This document shows, piece after piece, positions 51,757 through 64,000 of a stretch of DNA of 64,000 nucleotides. The translations under genes and the position numbers were made by a program. Source of the stretch: Rhizophagus irregularis (taxonomy: Eukaryota); the NCBI RefSeq assembly GCF_026210795.1, contig NC_089432.1:620001-684000 (forward strand), in the 5' to 3' direction. The notes beneath the pieces are model-generated. The model saw only the letters and a program-made list of their open reading frames with translations, ran no database searches and had not been told where the DNA came from. Numbering within the stretch: position 1 is the stretch's first letter; every line of letters starts with the position of its first letter.

Positions 51757-54700
51757 CTTTGCAGAAACCTATTGATTTTGAAAAATATGGTAAAAATATT
51801 TTTAAAATATGATTGACATATTGCGTATACATTTCTGTTAACTCTGTTGTAACTCGATAACGGCAATATATTGAACATATGTTAAAAAACACATGATTAA
51901 AATATGTTTAAAATATGTTTACTATATATCAAAAATATGTCAAAATTTATGAAAAAAATGTGATATTTATATTTTTATTATATATCAAAAATATCATTAT
52001 AATATATTGCAAGTAATACAATTTATTATATATTAAAAATACACTAAAATATTACAATTATACATTTTACATTGAAATTATAATAAAAACAAAACTATTA
52101 TAATGCCTTCACTGCACAATTTTTGTTACATTCTTGATTTGGATCATTGTGATTTATTCGCAAGGAAATTTCCAAGTCAAATCATGTGACCTTTCTGTAC
52201 GACCCTCTCAATGATAAGGAAACAAAATTATTACTGTACTTTTTTGTATGTTCGCCATTCTCACATCTTATCTCCCTTTTGCAACTCTCCTGGTCACTTC
52301 CTTTCCATCTCATTTGGAGGTCACACTTATTCTTTTGCGATTTTCTTCAGACTGTTAAATACTGTAAGTTGCGGGTAGGATAATAAATAGTAGTAGTAAT
52401 TAGTCTAGATTTCTTGTATGATATTTTGCAATACACTGTAGGTTATTTTTATTAGTATATTTGCTTGTTTGTGGACATGTAAATTTTCAATAAGTAATTT
52501 TATTTCTATTTATACAATACAAGATGCTTGATCATTTAAAAAAAAAGTAAAGTCAAAACATTAGTAAAAAATTCGTTAAAGAAATAAAACCAAAGGAACT
52601 TCCAATACTTACCAAAATCTACAAATCCAAGGTTCCATTGCCTAAAAATGAAATAAATAAAATTGAAATTTTAATAAAATGCTCAATAAAGAAAATTTTT
52701 TAAAAAAAATTCTGAAGATTCTTACAATAAATTAAGTGTATGTACAACTGTTTAAAAAAAAGAAATAAATAAACTGTTAGTAAAGTTCGCTAAAAATAAA
52801 AAAAATTTAATAAAAAATTTTGAGACTAACCAAAATCCTGAGCTAAGAAACTAAAGAGCTGCTAAAAAAGAAAAAATCAAAATGTTACAAATGACAGTTC
52901 GTCAAAGAGGTCCTGCACATCCAAAGTAATTCAGCCAGTTCAGTTGCCTAAAAAGAAGAAACAAATGAACATTTAGCAAAAGTTTATTAAAAAATATAAA
53001 ATAAACAAATAATAAAATCACACCCTAAAAATCTGCAACTACAAAAGAAGGAAAAATGAAAGGATGTTGATAAATGTTTCATTTCGTCAAAAAAGAAAAA
53101 AAAGATAAAAAAGTTACCAAAAGTCCACATCTAAAGAGACAGCATCCAAAGAGGCCAGACATGCCATAATAAGAGCTACAAAAGAAAAAAATCAAAACAT
53201 TAATAAATATTTGTTAAAATAGAAATTCTAAAAAAAGAAATACCCACTCAATTCCAACGCGCACAAAGATTTAAAAACTTGCTAAAAAAGAGAGTAAATT
53301 GTAACATTAGTAAAATGTTTTGAAACTTTTAAAAACTTCCGAATACCCTTACCAAAAATCAACATATCTGAAGATCCCATTATCTAAGAAATGTTTCGTT
53401 GCTATAAGATAAATAATTAAAAAAAAACTTCCTACTGTACTCACATTCTAAATACCGTAGAACTAAGCCATCTAAGAATTAAGAAAACAACCATTAAAAA
53501 TTATTTGATAAAAAACAAAACAATTAAAGAAAACAAAATTGACAAATTCTACTGGAGGAGCTGAAAGAATTACCTAAAAAAAGCTTCCAGTTTCAGCATT
53601 TGAAGGGTATTTAACAATATGTTACGCTACTATTGGAATATCTTCCAATCATTTCTGTTGATACTCTGCATTAATTATATATCTGGAGATTTGAAAAATA
53701 TGAATCTGCGAAGAAACTGCTCTTATCTCCTTTTCCTTATCATTTTTTACACAACAAAATATACTTACGCCTAATACTAAACAACCTCCTACTATTTATT
53801 GTACCAAAGTGAATTTAAATGAATGAAATTCAATATGGAAGCTAAAATCAAAATGTAAAATGTTAAAGAATTTTTGATTTTCTCTTGTGGGTACTTTTCA
53901 CTTTTTTTTAAAACTATGTATAAGAGAGAGGAGGGAATGATTGAAAGAAGGAAAATAGGAAATAGAGAGTAAAAAATAACAAAGTGGTGACCATATGGTG
54001 TTGAAATATATTATAACATTGATAAAGTGTTAGAAAAAATTAAAAGAATAGTTAAAAGTTTAAATAAGAAAATAAAATAAAATAAACTTTGTTAAAAAAA
54101 AGAGTTAAAAAAAGTTCAAAAAAAAAAGACCAAACTGCGGATTTATTATTAGTATTGCTTTAATCAGGTTAATCACATGATACACGTGATTCTAAATTAA
54201 TATAAATATAGGGCTTTTGCCGATATTTTTTTCAGTATTAAAAATTTTTTATATTATTATTGGTGTAAAAAGTAAGAAAGAATGAAAAGTTAGTAAGGAA
54301 TATTTTAGTCTGACCGCCAGCGGATAAGTGAATGAAACACTAACATTATGTTAGGAACCTCCTTAATGAACCAAATTAAGGAGAAGTAATTCATCATCTT
54401 AAAGTGCGTGGTTAATCAGGTTAAAATAGGAGAAAGATATGTTAAATTATATTACAGAGATTATATGAATTTTGCCATATGTAATTGATATTGTAGCTAT
54501 ATTTTATTCATGTGTTAATTATATTTCAAAGATTTTATGAATTTTGATATAGGGAATCGAAATAGTAGCTATATTTTATTCATTCTTAGAATTCACTAAT
54601 ATCATTAATTTAAGTTTATATTTTATATTTAATATATTTCAAAATATTGTAATAACTGTTTCGCTAATATCAATCATATTTTAATGCATTTCAAAATATT

Positions 54701-55307
54701 GTATTCATATTACGAAAATATTTGTTAATTCAAGTTCATCTTTAACATATTTTGAAAATATTGTAAAATTGTTTTGTTCATATTACAAAAATATTCACCA
54801 ATATCATTAATTCTCGTCATTTTTTATGTCTAACATATTTTACGAAAACTAGAGTTTTCTGCAAAGAATATTAAAATATTTTTTTATTATATATCAAAAA
54901 TATGACTATTATCTAACAGCATAAATCAAGGAAATTACGAACATGTTTTATACATCTGTTGATCATCTCATAATTATATAACGTGTATTAAAATATTTTT
55001 ATTACATATTGAAAATATGACTGTTATCTAATAGCATAATCAGGTTAATTACGAACATATTTTATACATCTGTTGATTATCTCATAATTATATAACACGT
55101 ATTAAAATAATTTTATTATATATCAACAATATGACTATTATCTAATAGCGTAAATCGAGGAAATTACGAACATGTTTTATACATCTGTTGATCATCTCAT
55201 AATTATATAACATGTACTAAAATATTTTTTTTATATATCGAAAATATGACTGCTATCTAACAATTATATGTTTATCATATTTATGAAAATTGAAGGTTTC
55301 TGTAAAG
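51757..55307. mobile_element. Non-autonomous TIR element (~3.55 kb), CACTA-like architecture
   Basis: CTTTGCAGAAACCT (51757) / AGGTTTCTGTAAAG (55307), TA on both sides; internal TIR-like copy ending 54866; ATATG-rich subterminal repeats. Confidence 0.65.
54870..55262 (+). repeat. ~116-bp tandem repeat, ~3.4 copies
   Basis: ATATGACT.TTATCTAA..GC..AATC..G..AATTACGAACAT.TTTTATACATCTGTTGAT.ATCTCATAATTATATAAC repeats at ~54900, 55015, 55130, 55245. Confidence 0.9.
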
Positions 55308-56658
55308 TAGTTACGGAATTTAATTAGGTCTTTCGGTTCTTCTTTGTAACTACTGAAGTATGTTTTTTATTTTTTTTATTTTTGTTATGTAATTTCCATT
55401 CCCTACTAACTTTATTTCTTCTTTTAATTTTATGGGTTTGGTTTTTACTTGGTTCCCCTGTTTATCTCATTTTCGTCCCTTCTCCATTTTTTTGTTTTCT
55501 TTTTGTCTCTTCATTTCTTTTGCTCTTTTTATTCTTCCCTTACTTCATTTTTTCTATTATTTTTATTTCCTCTTCGTTCCTTTCGTTTCGTTCCTTTACA
55601 CTACCCTTCGTTCCTTTTTTACACTACCCTTTGATCCTTTCATTTTTTATTCCCCTTTGCTCTATTTCGTCCCCCTCCATTCTTTTCATTTTTTTCATTA
55701 GTTCCCACTTGATCATTTTCGTCCCTATTTTTTCATTCACCCTCATTTTTTGATTAATTTTTTTAGAAATATTTTCGAAAAAACTTTAAAATTATGAAAA
55801 CACTACAAATATTTTCATTAATTAATTATAAATTTTTATAATTATTTCTTATTTTATATTACATCAATCTTAAACTTATAATCAACTTAGGAAAAATATT
55901 TGAATAATTAAATGTATTAGAATCTATTCATTTCATTTGCAGTATTATTATTCTTTTGGTACTTAATTTAACTAAACCATTTGAATTAAAATCTTTATTC
56001 AAAAATCTGGTGATTATTTAGAGAATTTCGGAATTCGGATATGGATTTGGTTATAATAATCTATTAAATCAACAATTTCAAACTATTTATCCAGCGTTCA
56101 ATTTAATTGAAAAAATCTTACCCATCTTTCTATCACGTCGGTCAATTTATATGTTATATTGATTTGTAAATATATTATTATAATATTTTATTTTTTATTT
56201 AATAATAAAAAAAATTGACAGAAAAAGAAAAAAAAATTTAAAAAAAATTTGGGGTCAAGAAAAAGGATAAAGAAAGAAATCAGTTTAAAAAAAAGGGAAA
56301 TTTCTGAAAAAAAAGGAACCCGAAAGACAATAAATCCAATCGAAAAAAAAAATAATATAAAAAAATTTGTCTTAAAAGACCAAAACAATGGGATTATTTA
56401 ATAAAAAAAAAAATTAAACCTAAACGTGAAAAAAACAAATTTTTAAGAAGGTAACGCAAATTTAATAGGTTTATTTAAAATTGATCTATTAATAAATTTT
56501 TATAACTTAAAATATTACTTATTTATAACAGCCTTTTATAGTATATGATTTAAATATTCCTGATAACTGTAAGTATTTGTTAAAATATTTCGTCAAATTT
56601 TATTGTATGTTGATATACTGTATGTTAATAATATTTTTTTCGTTTTCTTCATTTTAGT

Positions 56659-56830
56659 TGATGATTCCAATTCAAATTATGCTAGTACATCTAAGACAAG
56701 CAGTAAATTAAAAGGTAATCATTATTATTTATATATTTGATTTATTTGATGTATTAATCTATTTCTTAATGTAGGGTTTATCTAAAGTATTTAAACCCCT
56801 GAATATAAATTCAAAATATGATAAGTAAAT
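56659..56830 (+). pseudogene. Orphan micro-exons resembling the C-terminal tail exons of a kinase-family gene
   Basis: TAG|..DDSNSNYASTSKTSSKLK|GT and TAG|LSKVFKPLNINSK; similar to the tail of the 14381 kinase (KLNINSED). Confidence 0.35.
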
Positions 56831-58089
56831 ATATTGTTAGTACAAGCATTTTATTAAATATAATTGATATTCAAAATGATTAAATGATTATAGAACAATG
56901 CAATAACAGATTGAATAACGTAAATTGATATTGATGTTAGATGAGATATTTTTTTATAATAATAACTTTATATTGATTTCACTTCATAATTAAATTAAAG
57001 TTTTAATGAGTAATTATAATTAGTTTGTTTATTACTTTACAAATTATATGTCTCATTTTATTTTGGAATTTATTTAAACACTAAGACTAGAGTATCAAGA
57101 AATTTCTTAGTTTGTAATTTAAATAATTCTCTTATATTTACATAAATTATTAAATATAATCTTGGTATAAGTATTAAAAATAAATGTTATATGATGATGG
57201 TTTTGTGAGTGTTTTGTGACAGAATATTAAATACTATGTGAATTATGTGAATCGACTGCGGAGAAGAACATGAATGGACAACGGAGAATTTACATTACAA
57301 TATGACAAGTGTTACATTCAGGGTTGAATATGGAACGTTAAGAAATAGATGTTTTGCAGGATGTTACGATAACATGTAGTATATGCCTATATGGATACCT
57401 TTATATGTAGGATATGCAAAATTTATAACACGCGTTCCATACAGATCTACATCTTGTGGCCGACCTTGTGTAATCCTATGTCACGTGACAGTAATTCTGG
57501 CCGGCACTACAAAATTTGCCAGAATTACAAAATAAATTTCGGCTAGAATTTCGTCTCGTGATTTCAGACTTTCAGATTCGGCCACATTTTCGGAAAATCT
57601 CGGCCACGTGTATATTGCAACATTGCAACAAGAAAAAATCGCAATTTAAATCATGGGATCGATTTTGCAGATCATCACTTAATTGTTGAGAAAAGTTTGT
57701 TTTCGGACTTTTTATTTATCTAAAACTAAATTTTACAGGCAATTTATTAAGAATATCAGTTTTCTTTTAATAAATTTATATTGTTTGTTAATGCTATAAA
57801 AGTAAAATACAAATAACAAGAAAATTTCAAAATTAAAATCATTTTTACTAAAATTAGACCAATACTGTAGATATAATTTCAAATTTGACCATCCCCCCTT
57901 TTGCTGTGGGCATCCTATATATATTTATTTTTTGCAATCAATGTTCCGTCAAGACACGTGTCAAAGAAGTGCATTTTAACCAGAAAGTGACAAACTATAA
58001 GATCATTTCATCTCACGAAAGACTATATTATTCCAACAGCAAATTTATTTTTTTCGTTTATTTTCAACAATAAAAATGTAGATTAACTG

Positions 58090-59360
58090 TTTGTATTACA
58101 TCAAGGAAAAAGAAATTACGTCTAAAACAACCTTATGTTCATTGTTCCTGAAACTCTAAAACTCTTTGCTGGATGTGGTAAAGATCAATGGTATAATAAC
58201 CATACATAAATGCAGGACGAGGACATGTAATCGGTAGAGTATATACTCCTGGTATTTGTGGATCGTAAAATAAGTTACTTATTAGAATAGTGACTTGATA
58301 TGCAGGATTGCCTAAAGCAATACATCCGGTAGGATTATTGCTACGTTTTTGTACAGTTCCAAATTCCCACTATTATTTAAGAAACATTGAAACATTAGAA
58401 AATAGAAATCTGCAAGATCTAAACAGTTTAAACTTACTTTCTGAGATGCCATCCCCTGTCTCCAAAACTTAGCCTAATATTTATCAAATCACAAAGTTTT
58501 TTAGATAAAATTATAAAATAATAATCAGTTAAAGATATATACCTTCATTCTTTGATTAAATCTTCTCTGTGGATCTCGTGTTGTATGTAATTCATATAGC
58601 TTTATGCCTAAAACACATCTAACATACGGTTGAGTCATCCAGAGTGAACATTTATTCTTCTAATTAGCAACATTTTGGCCAACTGCAACCTCACAAATTA
58701 TTCTAGCATGAGAATTCCCCTACAAAATTATAAATCTTAGAAAATTGTATAAAAAAGATATAATAATATACATAAAATTTCAAAGTACACGTGTATAACA
58801 TGGGGTGGTCCAAGACCAGGAATGGGTGGGTCTGGAACGTATGACTTAGCCGGGTACACCACTACGTCCGCTGCTATTTTAACCCCATTTCCAGCTGGTG
58901 AAAAATGGACTATAAAAACATAAATTATTAGGAAATTAATTACAAGTCAGATCAAGCAAGTTTAGAATTCACTTACATGCATCTCCACAAACGTCTATTG
59001 TTGGATACCAGATAATATCTCCATTAGGAAGGTTAAAATATCTCTGCAATAGTGAGACAGTAGCAGCAAGTTCTCTTGAGCTCATATAAACAATAGATAC
59101 TTTACCATTATTATATTCAAACTTGTATCCGGACGATTCGTTACTATCAAGAAAATGGTGGTAGTTTTTTACCGATATATTTTGACCGATACTGATTGGT
59201 AAACTGCAAATGTGGAAGTTAACATTGAGTTAAACTTGAAATAACTTGTGTGATGCCTTACTCACTCGTCAAATCTAATAGAACCTTTTGGTAATTTTGG
59301 AATTTTAAATTTCTTGTCAAACTTTCTTTTTAAATTGTGAAACATTTTGAAATATTTCCT
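58090..59360 (-). pseudogene. Multi-exon Uma2/DUF820-like PD-(D/E)xK nuclease-fold gene with a premature TAG at 58660-58662
   Basis: Spliced reading: ISVKNYHHF..YKFEYNNGKVSIV..KIAADVVVYP..ARIICEVAVGQNVAN*KNKCSLWM..VRCVLGIK..WEFGT; five GT-AG introns. Confidence 0.7.
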
Positions 59361-59926
59361 TGTAGAAATACAAAATATTTTGTATCTAAAAAAATTATAA
59401 TGCTTAGTATTATAAATTATAATGATAATGTGATCCGATTTCGCATCAATTGTAAAACTATTTCTAAAAATAAATTCGTAATTGTATCCTTAATATTATT
59501 AACTATGGATCAACTCCTATATGATATTTTAAGTTGATCCAATTTTGCATCAGTATTTGTCATTTCTCTTTTAAGGGGGAACCTTAACCTCAGGATAATA
59601 TCCTAGACCCCGAATTTGATTGGTTCATCATGATCTCAGCCACATTAATTAATTATTTGTTTATCATAAACGCTCAGCAAACGATCATTATAAAAATCAT
59701 TTTTACAATGTAGTCTTTGATTCTTTATTGTTGACGTAACTAGGGGTTATAATATAAGCCACCCTTATTTTTGGTCATGTGCAACCAATCACTTTATTTC
59801 TACTTCTAGTGTTGGAACGAACATTTCGTGAAGAGTTAAAAAATATAAAACGTATTCTCTTATTGTTTTGGAACTCGATAAGAATAACATGAAAAAGGTA
59901 GCAAGAGGGAAACGCTAGTATGAATT

Positions 59927-60163
59927 TCAAGTGGGGTAATTGGATGTATATTGTATGCTGGAATGGTCGCAAGTCGCAACTAGATTCGCAGATTTCGCTA
60001 GACCAAAAGGTATTTTCATTGTGTCAAGGCCGCTGTAAGAACTGTTGAAGAAGTATCCTGCGGTAGATGTTGGGAAAACATCCATATTATAATATACTCC
60101 AAGTGTACTGCATGTTCCTAACCAGACATACACAAAAAGAAGTTGCAAGGGATTCCCCATCAC
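59927..60163 (-). CDS. Possible small secreted protein or pseudogene fragment
   Basis: 78-aa ORF with a hydrophobic N-terminus (LQLLFVYVWLGTCS); a hydrophobic stretch follows in another frame. Confidence 0.25.
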   Translation of the reverse strand: MMGNPLQLLFVYVWLGTCSTLGVYYNMDVFPTSTAGYFFNSSYSGLDTMKIPFGLAKSANLVATCDHSSIQYTSNYPT

Positions 60164-62021
60164 TCAGCTCTGTTCTTAACTTTATTTCTTTTTTTTATTT
60201 GGAATATTTTAGTCACTAGAATTGTTAACTCTAGGCTAATATAAAAAAGCAGAATGGTGAGTAGACTTGTAGTGATTTCTTATCCGTTTATATAAGAAAA
60301 CAAACTAATCAACCTTACCGTTAGTCTGATAACTTATTGAAAGTAACACATCAATATAAAGTAAATATGGCGCAATATGGAATAAGGTATTTAATACTGT
60401 CGTTGTGAAGATTTTCTTTTTAGATGATCATATTTTAATCATCTTTTTTCTCATACATCTATGATAACTTGTAGAAATATTCATAAATAATTGCTTTCAA
60501 TGATTTCTGTTTTTTAAGGGTGTGATTGGAAGTATCTTTGTTGGAATTTGAGTTTGTATTATTCCTGAAGAGTATAATTTCATTACATTATTTTGTTACG
60601 CAAGAGTTGGCCAATACTGGATCTCGATCCCGTTCACCTTTGATCAAACTTATCCGAATATGTAAAAATACCAATATATTACAATGAGTCTGTGATAATA
60701 TCATGACTAAAAATATATGAACATTCTTTTTCTTTTGTGTACGAGGAGAGGGCTTTACTTTGATGACTTTAGGTCGTCCAAAAACATTGGTATTCGTGGA
60801 ATTTACAAGAAAATGTAATCATGTGTCATAGGGGTCTCTTCTTATTTGTGTATTCCACTAATGCACTCATCGAACACAATAAGTAATATAATTAGTTAAT
60901 CTCATTTTTCCCATATCTTAAATGCCTGGAGGGCGTTGCTTCGCAATCTGTGTCATTGACGGAGTATGAAAAATTAGGAATCCATTAGGTTTACGAGATT
61001 GTACATATTAACGTAGACATAGCGCCCCTCTGATTATACAAGTTTATAGGCATAAGAATTCCTAAATTGATAACGATAATAATAGTTTCGTACCATAAAG
61101 GTTATTTCTACCAGTCTCTGTTAAAACAATGCTTAGTCTACATAATAGATATCCACATACTATCAGATTTGAATACATAAAAGCAAAACATATTAAAATG
61201 AAATCAACGGATAAGAGATATTGGTGTCGTATGTACTCATCATTCCCCTTTATTGGTTGCTCTATTGATTTTAGTTTGGCAGATTTGAGTGTTTGAAAAA
61301 CAACTCGACCTCGTCTGGGAAACCTGCTTTACCAAATAATAGCATGGATAAGGACAATGACTCTTTGGGATATTTGGAAGACTCCGAATGCGATTATGAG
61401 ATGAGGATAAAAAGTTCAAAGTGTTAAGGAAATATATAAAAGAAAATTATAGTTCTCATTTCTATTTAGGTAAAGCTTCGGCATCAAATGACCTAGAAGA
61501 ATGGTGTGATCGAAATGAAGTGTACAGGACCATAATAATGGATTTTCCTGACATCCAATAATATATTAGTGTGGTGATGTTCGAGGTATAACTATTGGCG
61601 TTTGTATTCCTGTGATGCACGTGATGCATAAATTTGTAATAATTTTTGTGGCGTAGTTTTCAGCCAAAGTGTCAAGAATATTATCGGTTCTGTCTATTTA
61701 TACAATTTTCGGAGTAAAAATTTAAGCGATATATATCTATCCATGTAACATATGCAAGGAACAAAAGAATGATATGTGGAACTGTATTATTATTTTTTGG
61801 ACTAGTGAATAACATCAACTAGCCATAGATGATGAACTACGTGCGTTTCACCAGGGCAGAGAAGGATCCGTAATGGGTAATGAACATATACGTTTTTTTA
61901 AAGGGGTAGGATTTTTTCCTCGAATATCCAGTAGCCCTGTACAGTATGACATTATCGAAAACTAAACGATATATTCTAACTAACGATTCTATTCTGTTTT
62001 TGGTCGTTCTGAAATATCAAT

Positions 62022-62932
62022 TTGTCATCAGCGATCAGTTTGCCACAATTAGAAAAATATTCTTTTCCAATTCCGGTTCATAGTACTAAACATACTGCCG
62101 GTTCAACTAGCTCAGCTGATAATTCACCGTTAAAATACGCTTCATTTTCTAAATTTGTGGTACCGCCTCCCAAGAAGTTTCGTAAGGCACCCCCTCCTTC
62201 AACAACCTTTTCAGCCGACGCGTTCGATTCTTTTACGGACAAGTTAGCTCGTCAATTTACTGATTACTATAAATTTATGAAAAAACATGACCTACGGCGT
62301 ACTGTCTTGGCGCGCCAACGTGAAGCACGTATCGCTTCATCCACGCAACACCCACCTATAGCGTCTGAGACATGTGTCTCAACTCCAGATTTTTACGCAG
62401 ACATCTCGTCATCAGATGGTTACGAATCCGCGCGTTCGTCCATAAGCACTGCCAGCACTTACTGTACATACCTGAAGGCTTTAAAATAAATAGTTTTACT
62501 TCGGAGGATGCTGAAGTTAAAGAATTCTCTCATATTCCTATCACTCATTTACCGAACCTTTTTGAATCAAGTACTCCTATTTTGGAGGATTCTAAAGAGG
62601 AAGTTGCACCAATGATACCTGGTTCAACTTACAACCACAACATTCCTATAACTTACATACCTGACCTTTTTAATACAAAAGACTCCACATCAAAGGGACT
62701 CAAAGCATCGAATACTGCTTTAGATTATGATACTGCGATCATGCCTGACGCATTTAGCGATATCGCCTCCTTATCGGAGGGTTACGAAACCGCCGCCTCC
62801 TCGTTGGACGAATTACCGCCAACATTCCAATTATTCACATTCCCGATCTCTTTCAATAGGGTGCCTTCCTGGTGGAGGGCATTTATGAAATTTTTGTTTT
62901 TTTTTATTATTATTTTTTTACTATTCTACTAG
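62022..62932 (+). pseudogene. Frameshifted intronless ~300-aa ORF with internal repeats and a hydrophobic C-tail; probably repeat- or retro-derived
   Basis: Two overlapping ORFs share the motif PDxxxDIxSxSxGYExAxSS; GC-richer than the flanks; A-rich tail at 63345-63377. Confidence 0.45.
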
Positions 62933-63509
62933 TTTTATTATTCATTGACCCATAGTAGTATAGATTTTTCTTAATTTTGTAATTGGGTTATTAACATCAT
63001 TTAAATTGTCCGTATTTAGCATCTCAGATGCATATTCTACTTTTTTCCTTTTTTATTATTTTGAACAATTAAAAATAGTGTGAACCATTCTGCCTATGAC
63101 AGTATTTACAGGCAGCAACTCGAATGAGTTGAAAGAAAAATACGGGTCATTTTCTTTTTTTTTGGCTGTTAGAACCTTTCACGACTTAGGTTATGTCTGG
63201 GTTGTTCTTTTAAATAATCAGGCAGGACAACTTCTTCAGGCTCCTCCCGAGAGGTTGGGTTTTATCATTAATTTAGGATTAATTAGGCCTTTAGTTTATG
63301 TTTATCCTTATGTAACGTTATACTTCAGTCGTGTCTATATTTTAAAAATAAAAATAAAATAAAAATAAAAATAAAATTATTCTCGTAACCTTTTGTCAAA
63401 TAAAATCTGTGCTTGTGTAAATCATTTTTTTTTTCGTGAAGAATATCAACGGATATGTGGCGTAGTAACATGTGATTTGTTTGTGAACTGAGTTCACGAG
63501 TGTCCTTAA

Positions 63510-63805
63510 AATAGACCGGGGTTCAGGTTCTTATCCTAGACCGCAACTGTATTAATCACGTGACGATTACTCTGAAAAAACTTATTTATATAGGGGTTTA
63601 GGATAAAGAACCTGGACCCCGGTTCAGGATAAATTTGTCCCTGAGAACTGAGTTTATACTTGCCGCCCATATAAATGGGATTGGGAGAATCCCATATCCC
63701 ATCCCACCCATATCCCATCCCATATCCCATTTATCCCATCCCATTTGTCATAATCCCATTCCAATCCCAAATCCCAATCCCATTCCAATCCCATATCCCA
63801 TTAAT
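63510..63805. repeat. Palindromic MITE-like sequence followed by a (ATCCC/CCCAT)n subterminal array
   Basis: CCGGGGTTCAGGTTCTT / AAGAACCTGGACCCCGG inverted repeat; many CCCAT/CCCAA units at 63690-63801. Confidence 0.55.
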
Positions 63806-64000
63806 CTTATACATGTATATTGTGTAACCTTACTCCCATTGGTCTATCTATCACGTGATGTTACACAAAATTCCAAAAAAGGAAATTTTTCTTCCCACAA
63901 AAAATGAGAGATTTGGTTTCACAAGCATTCCTAAAAAGGATATTTTTATGCCGATCATATAATTCCGGCCAGAATTACAGCTCTAGTATTACGGTCCTTT

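Noticed and set aside
55382..55753. Hydrophobic membrane-protein ORFs
   Set aside because: Pyrimidine-rich low-complexity DNA open in all three frames; no coding signature.
63635..63907. Pro/Ile/His-rich ORF or telomeric repeat
   Set aside because: Irregular CCCAT subterminal MITE repeats, not TTAGGG arrays.

Overview
AT-rich eukaryotic (fungal) DNA with short GT-AG introns. The gene and repeat content (expanded TKL kinases, a TPR-SET gene, a TRP-like channel, dense MITEs) resembles Glomeromycotina / Rhizophagus-type arbuscular mycorrhizal fungi; this is inferred from gene families, not from a search. Host genes: two TKL protein kinases, a TPR+SET gene broken by one stop, a 117-aa secreted Cys protein, a 1388-aa TRP-like channel, a 390-aa hypothetical protein with an internal duplication, and a Uma2/PD-(D/E)xK-type nuclease pseudogene. 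The rest is mostly transposon-derived. The most notable element is an apparently intact 4.55-kb TIR DNA transposon (3491-8041, TAA TSD) encoding a 1054-aa DDE-like transposase with duplicated N-terminal Zn modules and a C-terminal RING-H2 finger. A full-length but mutated ~8-kb LINE is nested in a CCCTAT-ended TIR element, with both TSDs and an empty-site paralogue visible. There are also MULE, hAT, PIF and CACTA-like MITEs, Helitron ends, and three arrays of spliceable micro-exons with no stable ORF.
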